From Veleropilina oligotropha (Eukaryota), in assembly GCA_048128005.1 (NCBI GenBank), contig JBEUKZ010000064.1:310001-374000 (forward strand): a stretch of DNA of 64,000 bases. Direction: 5' to 3'. This document shows positions 1-11,247 of the stretch, piece after piece. The notes under the pieces were generated by a model. The model was given only the letters and a program-made list of their open reading frames with translations. It ran no database searches and was not told the DNA's origin. Position 1 is the stretch's first letter. The number at the start of each line of letters is the position of its first letter. The position numbers and the translations under genes were made by a program.

Positions 1-255
1 CGCATTCTATGGGGAAATTCATGTATCTTACTGCATGCAACTAAAACACTTCTTCACACCTGGGGACATTGAGTTGTGTTTGTCATCATCAATACAATCA
101 TCTTCGTGAGTCATGATCATTGACAAGGCATCTCGTGTATATATTTATTAATGATACACCACAAGTTGTAGATTGTAGATAATATTAATAATATAATATA
201 GCAATGCTAAAGAAGAAATGTTATTTCTGATAGGATTTGAATAAATTTACTTTTA

Positions 256-560
256 ACAATAATAATAATACTCCGTTCTTACATAGCGCTTTATTACGCT
301 AGTGTCTCAATGCGCTGAACATTATTACCCCTGGTTATTGGCCTCTTGCACTCGATATGCCATCTGAACTCCCTCTGGGAGCATTACAGTCATTTACATG
401 CGGGTAGCGCCGTGACTTACATAACTGCCAACCAGGTACCCATTCAGATCGGCTGGGTGGACCGAGGCAAATATATGCTTACTTCCTTGCCCAAGTGAAA
501 TCGCCGAGCTTTGGGGGCGAACTCGAGACTCTGTGACCAGAGTCCTATGAACAACCCACT
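256..560 (-). mobile_element. tRNA-derived SINE copy
   Basis: Shares ccctggttattggcc and actgccaaccaggtacccatt...cagatcggctgggt...ttccttgcccaag with 9111-9440. (aat)n tail. Confidence 0.7.
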
Positions 561-1136
561 GAGCAACGACGACAATATTTCAATCATATTTGTAGTCGAG
601 GCCTCAATTCTTTGTCTCTTATAATCTAACGGATACTGTATGCATTGGAGACGACATATATAAATACCTGTGATAATTTTCGGCATATCCCAAAATCTAA
701 CTCAGATAGCAATAGCTAACATTAATATCTTCTTTAGCACTCAATAACTCAACGTAATTATATTTACATTGTTCTCTATTTACCTTACTACAATTTTATT
801 GCATTCATACTACTATGAACGCAATAGAGAAAATAGGCTAGGCGTAGTAATATCGCACTATGTTTCTTGTTATAATATAATTGTTATACATGTAGTTTTG
901 TTTCTAGTGTTAAATTTACATTATATATTTAATATCAAATAAATGTATGAATTAAATTTAACAATATTGTTCATTAGTTTTACCACAAAATGAAATTCAT
1001 ACAGGATCTATTTTTTGCACGATGGAAAGGCTGTTCCGTTACCTGACGATATACAACAATTACCACATCATAACAAGCTAAAATATTATGTAATTTGTAA
1101 GGGATTGTGGTTAAATACAAATGTAAATACTGTATA

Positions 1137-1288
1137 AGGATTGAACTGCACTTGGTTTGCGTTTATACTGGTATGAATGCATCCAGCAATTACATATTCT
1201 AAATGGAGCGCTATCGCGAACCATAGAAGATGTAATTGCTGGTTGCATTCATACCAGCATAAATGCAACCAAAATGCAGTTCAATCCC
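1137..1288. repeat. ~150-bp imperfect palindrome (MITE-like)
   Basis: ggattgaactgca...ctggtatgaatgca.ccagcaattacat pairs with atgtaattgctgg.tgcattcataccag...tgcagttcaatcc. Confidence 0.8.
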
Positions 1289-1880
1289 TGTGTCGATCAA
1301 TATGAAACATCTCATTTAGTTCCTTGGTATAAGCAAAGCAGGTACCTAGAGCATGTCAGCTACTTCTGCATGCAACTGATCAATAAAATGTATCCTACAA
1401 GCATCTAGTGATGCGCTTCACCCACACGCTGATTATCACCATAAATGTTTACTTATATTCTTGTGAATCATATATACAGTATTATGAAATTAGCCACTGA
1501 TGCAACTTGTTTAATTTTACTAAATTTGCAGACTTAAATGACATAAAGAACTTCCACTTTTCCATCCATGCAAAACAAAATGTTACTACTTGTTATCATT
1601 ACTCACTCAGAGAGGTGACTGTTTTATACTGGTTTATAATGGTTTATACTGGTTTATACCAACTACAACTTCCACTGATATGAACGAATCGACATCGATG
1701 GTCAATGGTAGTCAATTGAGGTATATTGATAGACTAAAACTATCTTGTGCTGCAGCCACTAAAATGCTAGAACAGCAAATATCATATGTATGTATAATCA
1801 AATATTATTATCAGTTATTAGTTATTTCAGTCAATACATAATAATAGGAGGATTAAGAGTAATCCCCTTGTATCTATAAT

Positions 1881-2087
1881 AATATACTTACGTCCTTACT
1901 AATGCCATAATAAGCCTATTATCGCTAAATCCGGACAAGGTGGAAATGGTAATTTCGCACTTTTTAGTAAATTTAACCCAGTTGACCCACTGACCTGCTC
2001 GACCTCCTCAAGTTCATGCCTATAAAGAGCTCGCCAACTCCCGCGAGATCCTCGTGACCAAAAGGTCATGACCTCATCCGAAGTTTT
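1881..2087. repeat. E1 3' ITR (with outer extension 1844-1880)
   Basis: Reverse complement of 8894-9100, about 3 mismatches by eye. Confidence 0.95.
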
Positions 2088-2151
2088 TAGCAAACAACAA
2101 GGCAAAGAACTTATATAAGAGGGGAGGTGCGAAGCAGGGTGGGCCAAGTGG

Positions 2152-2242
2152 GTAAGGACGTAAGTATATTATTATAGATACAAGGGGATTACTCTTAATC
2201 CTCCTATCTATATCAAATATACTTACGTCCTTACTAATGCCA
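2152..2242. repeat. E1 internal complementary region (ICR)
   Basis: First half is the reverse complement of 1844-1899. Second half is the reverse complement of ~9074-9108. Confidence 0.95.
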
Positions 2243-2297
2243 AGAATAACTTTGGTTGGCGGAGTTATAAGTTCCATATACCAAAATTAAAACTTAC

Positions 2298-2617
2298 TTG
2301 TTACCGGAAAACGACGCTTTAGCGTTGAGATCGAGTCCGTTCAGAGTGGATTTTACTGAGCATCAAATCTACTCTTATCCCGGGGTGAGATTTCGACCAA
2401 GAAATCTGGGAAAACACGCCAGGGATGTTAGTTGGACAGGTAACACGAAAGTGCATGTAGCTCCGGACACCGTGCGGAAGGTATACCTTGAGGCACTCGT
2501 GTCATGGGCAAAAACAGTGATCTGAATATTCCGGACTCAAAGGTCGGCAGACAGAAAACTGCAAGACGTGGTTTTAGAGGCACCCGAACCTAGGCAGGTT
2601 TATTGTGCTATAAAACC
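2298..2617 (+). ncRNA. Candidate structured non-coding domain of E1 (antisense to the ORFs)
   Basis: Multiple helices covary with E2-E4 (tgttacc/ggtaaca, aaca/tgtt, tgca.gt/actgca, ggtttta/taaaacc). cac-GAAA-gtg loop. Confidence 0.6.
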
Positions 2618-3032
2618 GTGACAATTATTAATAGATTGAAGAATATCATTAACTTCATCTTGAAATAATAAAAATTTTGCATGTCCATCTTGCAAAATGT
2701 CAACATGATAACATGTTACTTAAATAATTTTAAGTAGAGAATAATATTAAAATTTTTCAATGTAAGAACATTGAAATGTTCTGCGACAGCAAGTAGAACA
2801 TTTTTAAAAATAATATTATTTACAAAAAACATTTTTAAGATTTCGTAATATAAATGTTTGCATCCAATGTGAGCATTAATTTCATATTAACTCAGTTTGA
2901 ATAGATAATTTCAATTTCTTAATAAGTTTAAGAAAGAAATAACATTGGAGTAGATTCTAAGGGTGTTTACAATGTACACAAATAGAATTACATTACATTA
3001 CCTCAGTTTCCTGGTACTATTCATTAGCCCAT

Positions 3033-5880
3033 TCACTGCAAGGATGACCTAGATCCTCTAATACATTGTTGATTTGCCGCCACAAAGGAAATTCGATGTT
3101 CGCCAGATGCCGTGGTTGCGTAATCACGCAGGTAAAAACGAACAAAGGTATTAGGACTCTTCCAATAACCAGCCTTCAAGATTGCATTGATATTTAAATT
3201 ATATTTGAAGGCCAAGGAGGTCGCTAACGCCCGTGTTTCATGCGCGTGAATTGAAACGAGATCTCGTTCTGGGTCATCTGACCGCTTGTAAATGTCTTTT
3301 ACAACAGACACTATCCAACGTGATACAGTCGATTTGCGAATGTCGCGGTGGAATTGAGGCATGTGGCTTACGAATAAACGCTTTTTGCCGTGCCGTAGGT
3401 CACGGGTCCGATCCAGGTAGAATCTCAGCGCACGAACGGGGCAGTTCAGGCGGTCGATATCGTCTCTACCCAACATGGAGAGGTTACGGATATAAACCTC
3501 GGGAGAGATATCTTCAGGTCTTTGTGTCTTCGCTAGGAAGCCAAGGACTGTATGCAGCGTCAACGACCCATCGGTGTGGAAGTGTATATCTCGCAGCTCT
3601 CCGGATAATGCGTGTATCTCCGATGCCCGGTTACCGGTGGCGAGAGCGGTAAGTAATACGGTCTTATAAGTGAGATTTTTGAGGGAACATTCACTCATAG
3701 GCTCGAACGGGCATCTAAGTAAAGCATTGAGAATCAACAAAATATTCCACGCAGGCGGCCGCACCTGCTGAATAGGGCGTTCGAGTTGGTAGGAGCGTAT
3801 AAAGTCCGATATTGTTTTGTCGGTAGACAAGCGGGTGTGCTCGCGGCATTGTCGTAACGTCGTTGCTACGCATGATCGGTAGCCTTTGACCGCGGAAATA
3901 GACATTCCACGTTCGAGCAACGACGACAAAAACTCGATAAATTTTGTCACAGGGGGGCGGAATATATTGACTTGCCGCCCGCGACACCAATCCACAAATT
4001 TCTTCCATCGGTAGTCGTATGCATACCTTTGTTGTAGATTGCCTTCTAGATCGGTAGATGCGCTGGGCTGTCGCTCTAGAAAAGCCTTTCTTAATGAGCG
4101 ATCTCTCGATAGTCGCCAGGCGTGAAAGTGAAACTCGTTCGCCGACGGGTGTAGGACCCGACTGCGTGGTTGCGATAACAGGTCTGTCATCTGCGGGAGC
4201 GCAAGTGGCTGATCGATGAGTAGATCCAGAAGTGTCGGAAACCAGGACTGCGTGCGTTGTAGGGGTGCTATCAGCGTCAACTCGCAGTCTTCGCGTGTTG
4301 TTTTCCGTAGTACCTGTGGCAACATGCACGACGGCGGAAAGGCGTAGGCGATCAGATTCTCCCATGTCATTGACAGAGCGTCGACCGCTATAGCGGCCGG
4401 GTCCGGGTAAGGAGACACATAGAGAGGGAGTCGGTGATTGTATTCGGTTGCGAATAGATCGACTTGAGGCTGCGACCACAGGCGACAGACATCTCGGGCT
4501 ACACGGGCGTGTAGCATCCACTCTGTGTATTATCTGTGTTTTCCGAGAGAGCGTATCCGCTCTGACGTTCAGCTTCCCCGGGATGTGTCGGGCTCGAATT
4601 GTCGAGTTGAGTGACATCACTAGGCGGTGTAGGTCGATCGCTCGGTCGCAAAGTGGACGGGAGCGGGTGCCGCCCTGGTGCTGAATGTAACCGACGACAG
4701 TCGTGTTGTCCGTGGCGAGCATTATGTGCTTGTTGCGGAGATGTGACGAGAGGGACCGTACTGACAGGTAGACGGCTTCTAACTCCTGGAAGTTTATGTG
4801 TCGTCCCTGCAGGTCCGTCGGCCAAAGGCCCGATGTCTCGTGACTGTCGAGGTGACCTCCCCAGCCCTCGTTTGACGCGTCCGTGAAGAGGTAGGCGTTC
4901 GGTTCTGGGGGGGATATCGGAACCGACTGACTCGGCAGGGTAGTGTTCAGCCACACTGTTGTCATGCGAGTGAACCAATGCCGTAGATCGATGCGATCCG
5001 TCCACTGTCCCGTGCGTTGTACCCAGCGGTCCTTGAAGGCCTGCTGCAACGGTCGCTTGTCCATGCGACCCGTCGGTAACAGGGGAGCTACCGACTCGAT
5101 GTGCCCTGGGACAGTGGCCAGTCGTTGCGCTGTAGTTATCCGTGAAGACTTCGTTTTCAGTATAACCGCGCGTAGGTTCTCTATACGTTTCTGAGTCGGT
5201 TTCGCGGTGTACCGGACCGTGTCGAATTCGACTCCCAGAAATGTAAACGTCGTCGATAGCACGAAGCAGGATTTCTCGTTGTTGATCTGTAATCCTAGGC
5301 GCTTCGCCGATGACAGGGTAACGCTCATAGACTGGAGGCACTGATCCCGGGACGCCCCGAGAATCAACCAGTCGTCGAGGTACATGTGTACTCTGTGCCC
5401 TTGCGAGTGTAGGAAGGCCCCGAGAGCCTGTACTACCCGCGTGAAGACGTACGGGGCTGACGATAGACCGAACGGTAGACACCTGAATTGGTAGACCGTT
5501 CCCCCGTGGACAAACCGTAGGTACCGGTGAGCCGAGACGTGCATCGGAACGTGTAGGTACGCATCGGTCAAGTCGATAGACGCTGCCCAGTCGCCCGGAC
5601 GGATGGCCGTTCGTATCTTCGAGAGTGTTTCCTGCTTGAACTTCTCGGTACGAAGATACTGGTTGAGGAACGACAGATCGAGGATCGGTCGCCAACGGCC
5701 ATCGGGTTTCGGGACCAGGAAAAAGTGGCTGTAATATCCTGGTGTGCTGGGCGGCGCGGGATAAATCGCTCTTTTTGAGAGTAAGTCCCGCACTGCCTGG
5801 TCTAGGACGGCTTGTTTTTCTCTTATCAAGAGACGAGCGCGTCCTGGTGGTGGTGTCGCGTCTAGGGTTGGATGCCGGTC
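3033..5880 (-). pseudogene. E1 tyrosine recombinase ORF (N-terminal part overlaps pol), frameshifted
   Basis: Catalytic residues R (GNRASEI), K, HxxR (AHETRA), W (GYWK), Y (FVRFY). 4-nt insertion near 4020 and 2-nt deletion near 4525 relative to E3. Confidence 0.9.
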
Positions 5881-5991
5881 CAACCCTAGACCGCGGCTTC
5901 CCTCTCCCGCTCTGACGGGATTTCGTCGGAGGTGCCTTTTTCGTAGTAGATTTCTTGGCCTGAGGAGGCCCACTATACGAAGGTTTGGCAC
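3947..5991 (-). pseudogene. E1 pol (RT-RNase H-methyltransferase-like), disrupted
   Basis: YLDD, LPFGL, FTDAS..GWG, TDNTT, DLFA...YAFPP motifs. Net 138-nt in-frame deletion near 5875 and frameshift near 4525. Confidence 0.9.
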
Positions 5992-8131
5992 GCTTGGAAG
6001 GCGTATGAGACTGGGACGGTCCCGAGCGCTTCCGCGAGGCAGCAGCCGGCGTACTCCGAGGAGTAGCCAAGACTGCCTTCTCGATCGCGCGATCCTTTAG
6101 GTCGGCCGCTCTCTTATCGAGAACTTCGGTGAATTCGTCTCCGAAGAGAGTAGAGGCCGACAGCGGCACGCAACGTAGAGACTGCCGGGTGGCGTCGTCT
6201 AACGTGGTGCCGTCTAGGCACGCGTCTCTATGAAGTAGGACAGCGTTACCTAAGGATCGGGCTGACTCCGACGCGGTGTTCTCCGTGGAGGCGGCAACCT
6301 CTTCGAGGAAGGACAGTGCGATCTCTCGAGCGCGGGGTCCATCCTCTTGTAGTACGGTAATAGCTCCGTCCAAGAAGAAATCCTGGATGGAGGCATGCCG
6401 TAGAGCTCGACGGGCGGAGCTCTCAAAGCCCTCCATGGCGGCCCATGGGACTTTGACTACCGAGGGAGCTGTACTGGCCGACAGCCGACGCATCGCTGCA
6501 TCGATCTGAACTGGCTCAGTCGCCAGACACGTCCCAGAGCAACCGATCGGAATCGGACGCCTACTGGGCCGGAGGTACCTTCCCTTACGCAGACCACTAG
6601 GGTACTCCGTTAAAGTGGAAGTCTCCACCGATTTGGACCCCTGAATGGATTTGGTCGCCGAGTCAAGGACGAGCGAGACCAACCCAGACTGGGGGAGGGC
6701 AGGAAGCAGGGGGGCTTCCGTCCCAACAAACCGACGTGCCGCTGTCCTGTGCCTGACTACGCTTACCGGCAGGGCAGGGTCGAGCAAGTCAAGCACCCCG
6801 CGAAGCGACGCGACAGCGTCGTACCTTCGGCGGGTGGCGGAGACGGCTTCATGTGTGCCAGAAAGACTACAAGAGTCGTCTGGTCCGACCGATTCAGGGA
6901 GGTCAGAGTGAGGAGTAGAAGTGGTGTCCTCGTCGGAATGAGAATCTACTTCCATCACCGAAACATGAGCCGAGCCCGGCGTTACGGTCAGAGACGCTGG
7001 GACCTGGGGCGGCTGGGTAGCCGGTTGCCAGGACCTACAACGTGACTCGACTTCCGTCGCAATCATAGCCTGGACGTTCTCGAACGAGAAACCCGGAGGC
7101 ATGACGGACGTCAGACCAACAGCCATTGGTCCGCTCGAGGTTACCGTAGCGCATGGTGGACGGGCTGCACGGACAGGTGGAGCCGAGAACCAGGGTCTCG
7201 GGGTACCTGTCGGGAAACCGCTACCAGGGAATCGGCTCGAAGGCTCGTTAACTGGTGCGAACGGCCCGTAGTACTGCGACCACAGTCCATACGGGTCTGT
7301 AACCCTGCTCGAGTGAAGCACGTGGGAATACCCGCCGTATACTTCAGCGCCGAGCGCAGCCGATCCTACCACACCACCTAGGACGTCTTGAAAAGAATCA
7401 CCGGAGGTAATGGGCCTTCCATCGGTCTCGTGGGCTCCGACGGTGGCGGGATTAGTCTTTAAACTAGCGCCGTTGTCGGACGAGAGGATGGGTTTCGTCA
7501 AGCGTCTGGAACTTCGACCACTTTCGTGGTGCCCAGCAACTATATCGACTTTTTCTGCCAGTCGTTTCGCTTCTTGTTCAGAAGCTACTAAACTCGCAGA
7601 AGGACTAACGCTGCCTTGCTCCTCCGAGGCCGGAGGAGAGGAAAGGTTTTGTCTGCCCTGTTCAGCTTTTCGCCGCAGCGCTCGACGTGTCTTACTGGTC
7701 GGCAAGACACTCTGAGCAGCGGTTACTAGGCCCAAAGGAGAGGAGTCGGACTGCACTCGGGCCTGTACCTGAACCTTGGACCCCGACGAAGTTACTGGGA
7801 CTTTCCCCAAAGTCTCAGAGGTTCCGACGGCGGATCCCGCGATAGCCGCTGTCCCAACACGGCTATCACCGAGAGAATCTGAAAGAGAAAGAATAGAATC
7901 AAAACCTGTCTCTAATCTCTGAAGCTTCTCGGTGGCTGTCCCATCGGGAGAAAATGCCCTGGTCGTTTTACCCGTTGGGAAAAGAATCTCCCACTGCCGA
8001 TTTGTCAATACATAACAATGCTCACACGGATGCGTTTTATCACTAAAACAAACACGGTGAATAGTGCATTCGGAGTGCCTGTCAAAACCACGGATTTTCT
8101 GTCGGCACCCGGAAACACTGCAATGCACCAT
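5881..8131 (-). CDS. E1 gag-like ORF (runs into the YR frame without a stop)
   Basis: N-terminal Cys/His cluster (C-x4-C...DRH..C..H..C....C..C) and basic C-terminus. Homologous to gag of E2-E4. Confidence 0.85.
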
Positions 8132-8893
8132 AGCTACGTACACGGGTAGGTAGGAGATAGGGGTATGAAGTGATAAGGGTATTTCTACGGGTAGTTTACC
8201 AAAATACTACTACAACCTCGATTGTACCTGATCCGAGAGGTGGGAAAAGGCTGAAATACGCTCAAAACCTCCGGCGGATTATACGCCCAAAACACCGACT
8301 TTGGTAATATACTATTTAACACAAGTCGGCCAACGAATTGAGAAACGGGAGGTCTTTCTTTTACAAGAAACCGCCCTTCACACCTGGATGTATATATATC
8401 AATTTGTTAGAATTCAGATTTACCAAAATAACGCTAGTTAAATTCTAAACAATCTGCTTTTCAACGACGATAAATTTGATTACATAAATTTATAGCAAGA
8501 AACACGTCGTTGAGGAAATTATCGCATATATAAATGAATTGTTATACAAATTCAAGCAATATCAATAATACAACTCTCTCCTGACTCCTTAGTAATTGCT
8601 AAGGAGCTTCCTTCTTTAAATATCCCTCTGAGCGTCCTCTTTACTTTTCTTTCAGAATTTCAAGATGGCGTCGTCAGTGGAGGGTGTTGATTTCCGTTTT
8701 TGTCTGTACTCGACAGGAAAACTTCCAAGAAGGGCTTATTCAGGAGGAAAACTCTCTAATTTTCCACTACACGTGTTTAACACACTACACTCGATCTTAT
8801 GAGCTTAATGATTAATAAATCTGGCTCTAAAAAAGATCGATTTCACATCAGATGATGGAGCAAAGAAAAACGCGACTTGTCACAAGATGGCGG

Positions 8894-9100
8894 AAAACTT
8901 CGGATGCGGTCATGACCTTTTGGTCACGAGGATCTCGCGGGAGTTGGCGAGCTCTTTATAGGCATGAACTTGAGGAGATCGAGCAGGTCAGTGGGTCAAC
9001 TGGGTTAAATTTACTAAAAAGTGTGAAATTACCATTTCCACCTTGTCCGGATTTAGCGATAATAGGCTTATTATGGCATTAGTAAGGACGTAAGTATATT
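8894..9100. repeat. E1 5' ITR
   Basis: Reverse complement of 1881-2087. Confidence 0.95.
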
Positions 9101-9110
9101 TGATATAGAT

Positions 9111-9440
9111 GTGAAGATTTATCTGCGCTTTCCCACACATACGAAATGCGTGCTCAAAGCGCTTACAATTATTCCCCTGGTTATTGGCCTGTTCATTCAA
9201 TATTCCTTCTCAACTCTCTCTGAGAGTATTACGGTCAAGTTCATGCCTGTTAGGCGCTTGACCAGTCATTCTGACATATTCTGCAACTGCCAACCAGGTA
9301 CCCATTTAAATCTCAGATCGGCTGGGTGAACCGAGGCAATATATGCTTTAATTCCTTGCCCAAGGGAAGTCACCGGGATCGGGGTTGAACCCCAAACCTC
9401 TCGAGTGAGAGGCCAGTGCATCTACCACTGTACCACGGCT
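9111..9440 (-). mobile_element. tRNA-derived SINE copy abutting E1
   Basis: On the minus strand: A box TGGTACAGTGG and B box GGTTCAACCC. Same body as 256-560. Confidence 0.75.
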
Positions 9441-9485
9441 GCATGTCCATTCATTGGTTTAATTGTTTAATTATTTCATTCATAG

Positions 9486-9740
9486 GGTCGCACAGGTAGT
9501 CCAGTGGATAACGGTGTAGGCTCTCAATTCACTGGCTTGACTGCTCTGTCTAACAGGAGTGGGTTCAAATCCTTGTCAAGGCTTTCTTGGTTCAGTTAAC
9601 AGTCGTAGTTGGTGACCAGCAACAATATGGACCAGCTGATGATGTACGCTGTTATAACAGGACAGCTTATCAATGAACCAGCTTGCAGGTCAATGCAATA
9701 TTTATCAAGATGTTGAAGATAACGAAAAGATAAGACCATT
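9486..9740 (+). mobile_element. Second SINE family copy (3' end approximate)
   Basis: A box GGTAGTCCAGTGG and B box GGTTCAAATCC. Head similar to 44942-45030. Confidence 0.55.
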
Positions 9741-9920
9741 AGCTATATAATAAAGGCATTTATCATTTATTAATAAAGTGTAGTCCATTTTAAAAAGGTT
9801 GATGAAAAATCTCCAATTAATCAATCAAATTTAAATTTTAATATAATACTGCCCGGCAGCATTGGTGGCGTCATGGATACGAGCGTGGATCTCCACGCAT
9901 TCGCCTGACAGTGACAGTGC

Positions 9921-11247
9921 GCTCTGTTAATCCACGGCTGCACTATTAGAAGTCACTCTTATCTATAACTGGCTGGGAGTGCAGGCGTGGGCTCTGTTAA
10001 TCCACGGCTGCACTATTAGAAGTCACTCTTATCTATAACTGGCTGGGAGTGCAGGCGTGGGCTCTGTTAATCCACGGCTGCACTATTAGAAGTCACTCTT
10101 ATCTATAACTGGCTGGGAGTGCAGGCGTGGGCTCTGTTAATCCACGGCTGCACTATTAGAAGTCACTCTTATCTATAACTGGCTGGGAGTGCAGGAGTGG
10201 GCTCTGTTAATCCACGGCTGCACTATTAGAAGTCACTCTTATCTATAACTGGCCGGGAGTGCAGGCGTGGGCTCTGTTAATCCACGGCTGCACTATTAGA
10301 AGTCACTCTTATCTATAACTGGCCGGGAGTGCAGGCGTGGGCTCTGTTAATCCATGGCTGCACTATTAGAAGTCACTCTTATCTATAACTGGCCGGGAGT
10401 GCAGGCGTGGGCTCTGTTAATCCACGGCTGCACTATTAGAAGTCACTCTTATCTATAACTGGCTGGGAGTGCAGGCGTGGGCTCTGTTAATCCACGGCTG
10501 CACTATTAGAAGTCACTCTTATCTATAACTAGCCGGGAGTGCAGGAGTGGGCTCTGTTAATCCACCGCTGCACTATTAGAAGTCACTCTTATCTATAACT
10601 GGCCGGGAGTGCAGGAGTGGGCTCTGTTAATCCACGGCTGCACTATTAGAAGTCACTCTTATCTATAACTGGCCGGGAGTGCAGGAGTGCTCTCTGTTAA
10701 TCCACGGCTGCACTATTAGAAGTCACTCTTACCTATAACTGGCTGGGAGTGCAGGCGTGGGCTCTGTTAATCCACGGCTGCACTATTAGAAGTCACTCTT
10801 ATCTATAACTGGCTGGGAGTGCAGGCGTGGGCTCTGTGAATCCACGGCTGCACTATTAGAAGTCACTCTTATCTATAACTAGCCGGGAGTGCAGGAGTGG
10901 GCTCTGTTAATCCACGGCTGCACTATTAGAAGTCACTCTTATCTATAACCGGCCGGGAGTGCAGGAGTGGGCTCTGTTAATCCACGGCTGCACTATTAGA
11001 AGTCACTCTTATCTATAACTGGCTGGGAGTGCAGGCGTGGGCTCTGTTAATCCACGGCTGCACTATTAGAAGTCACTCTTATCTATAACTGCCTGGGAGT
11101 GCAGGTGTGGGCTCTGTTAATCCACGGCTGCACTATTAGAAGTCACTCTTATCTATAACTGGCAGGGAGTGCAGGCGTGGGCTCTGTTAATCCACGGCTG
11201 CACTATTGGAAGTCACTCTTATCTATAACTGGCCGGGAGTGCAGGCG
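9921..11247. repeat. Tandem repeat, 70-bp unit, ~19 copies
   Basis: gctctgttaatccacggctgcactattagaagtcactcttatctataactggctgggagtgcaggcgtgg. Confidence 0.95.

Larger units (their letters stand above)
1844..9108 (-). mobile_element. DIRS1-type YR retrotransposon E1 (diverged subfamily, defective)
   Basis: 207-bp ITRs, an ICR complementary to both outer termini, and gag, RT-RH-MT and YR coding regions with lesions. No clear TSD. Confidence 0.95.

Noticed and set aside
2330..2400. Hammerhead ribozyme (ctga...gaaa-like words)
   Set aside because: Could not place the CUGANGA/GAAA/UH core with three stems on either strand in both subfamilies.
4499..8143. 1214-aa novel protein
   Set aside because: Gag running into the YR-frame overlap because of the E1 deletion, then truncated by a frameshift.
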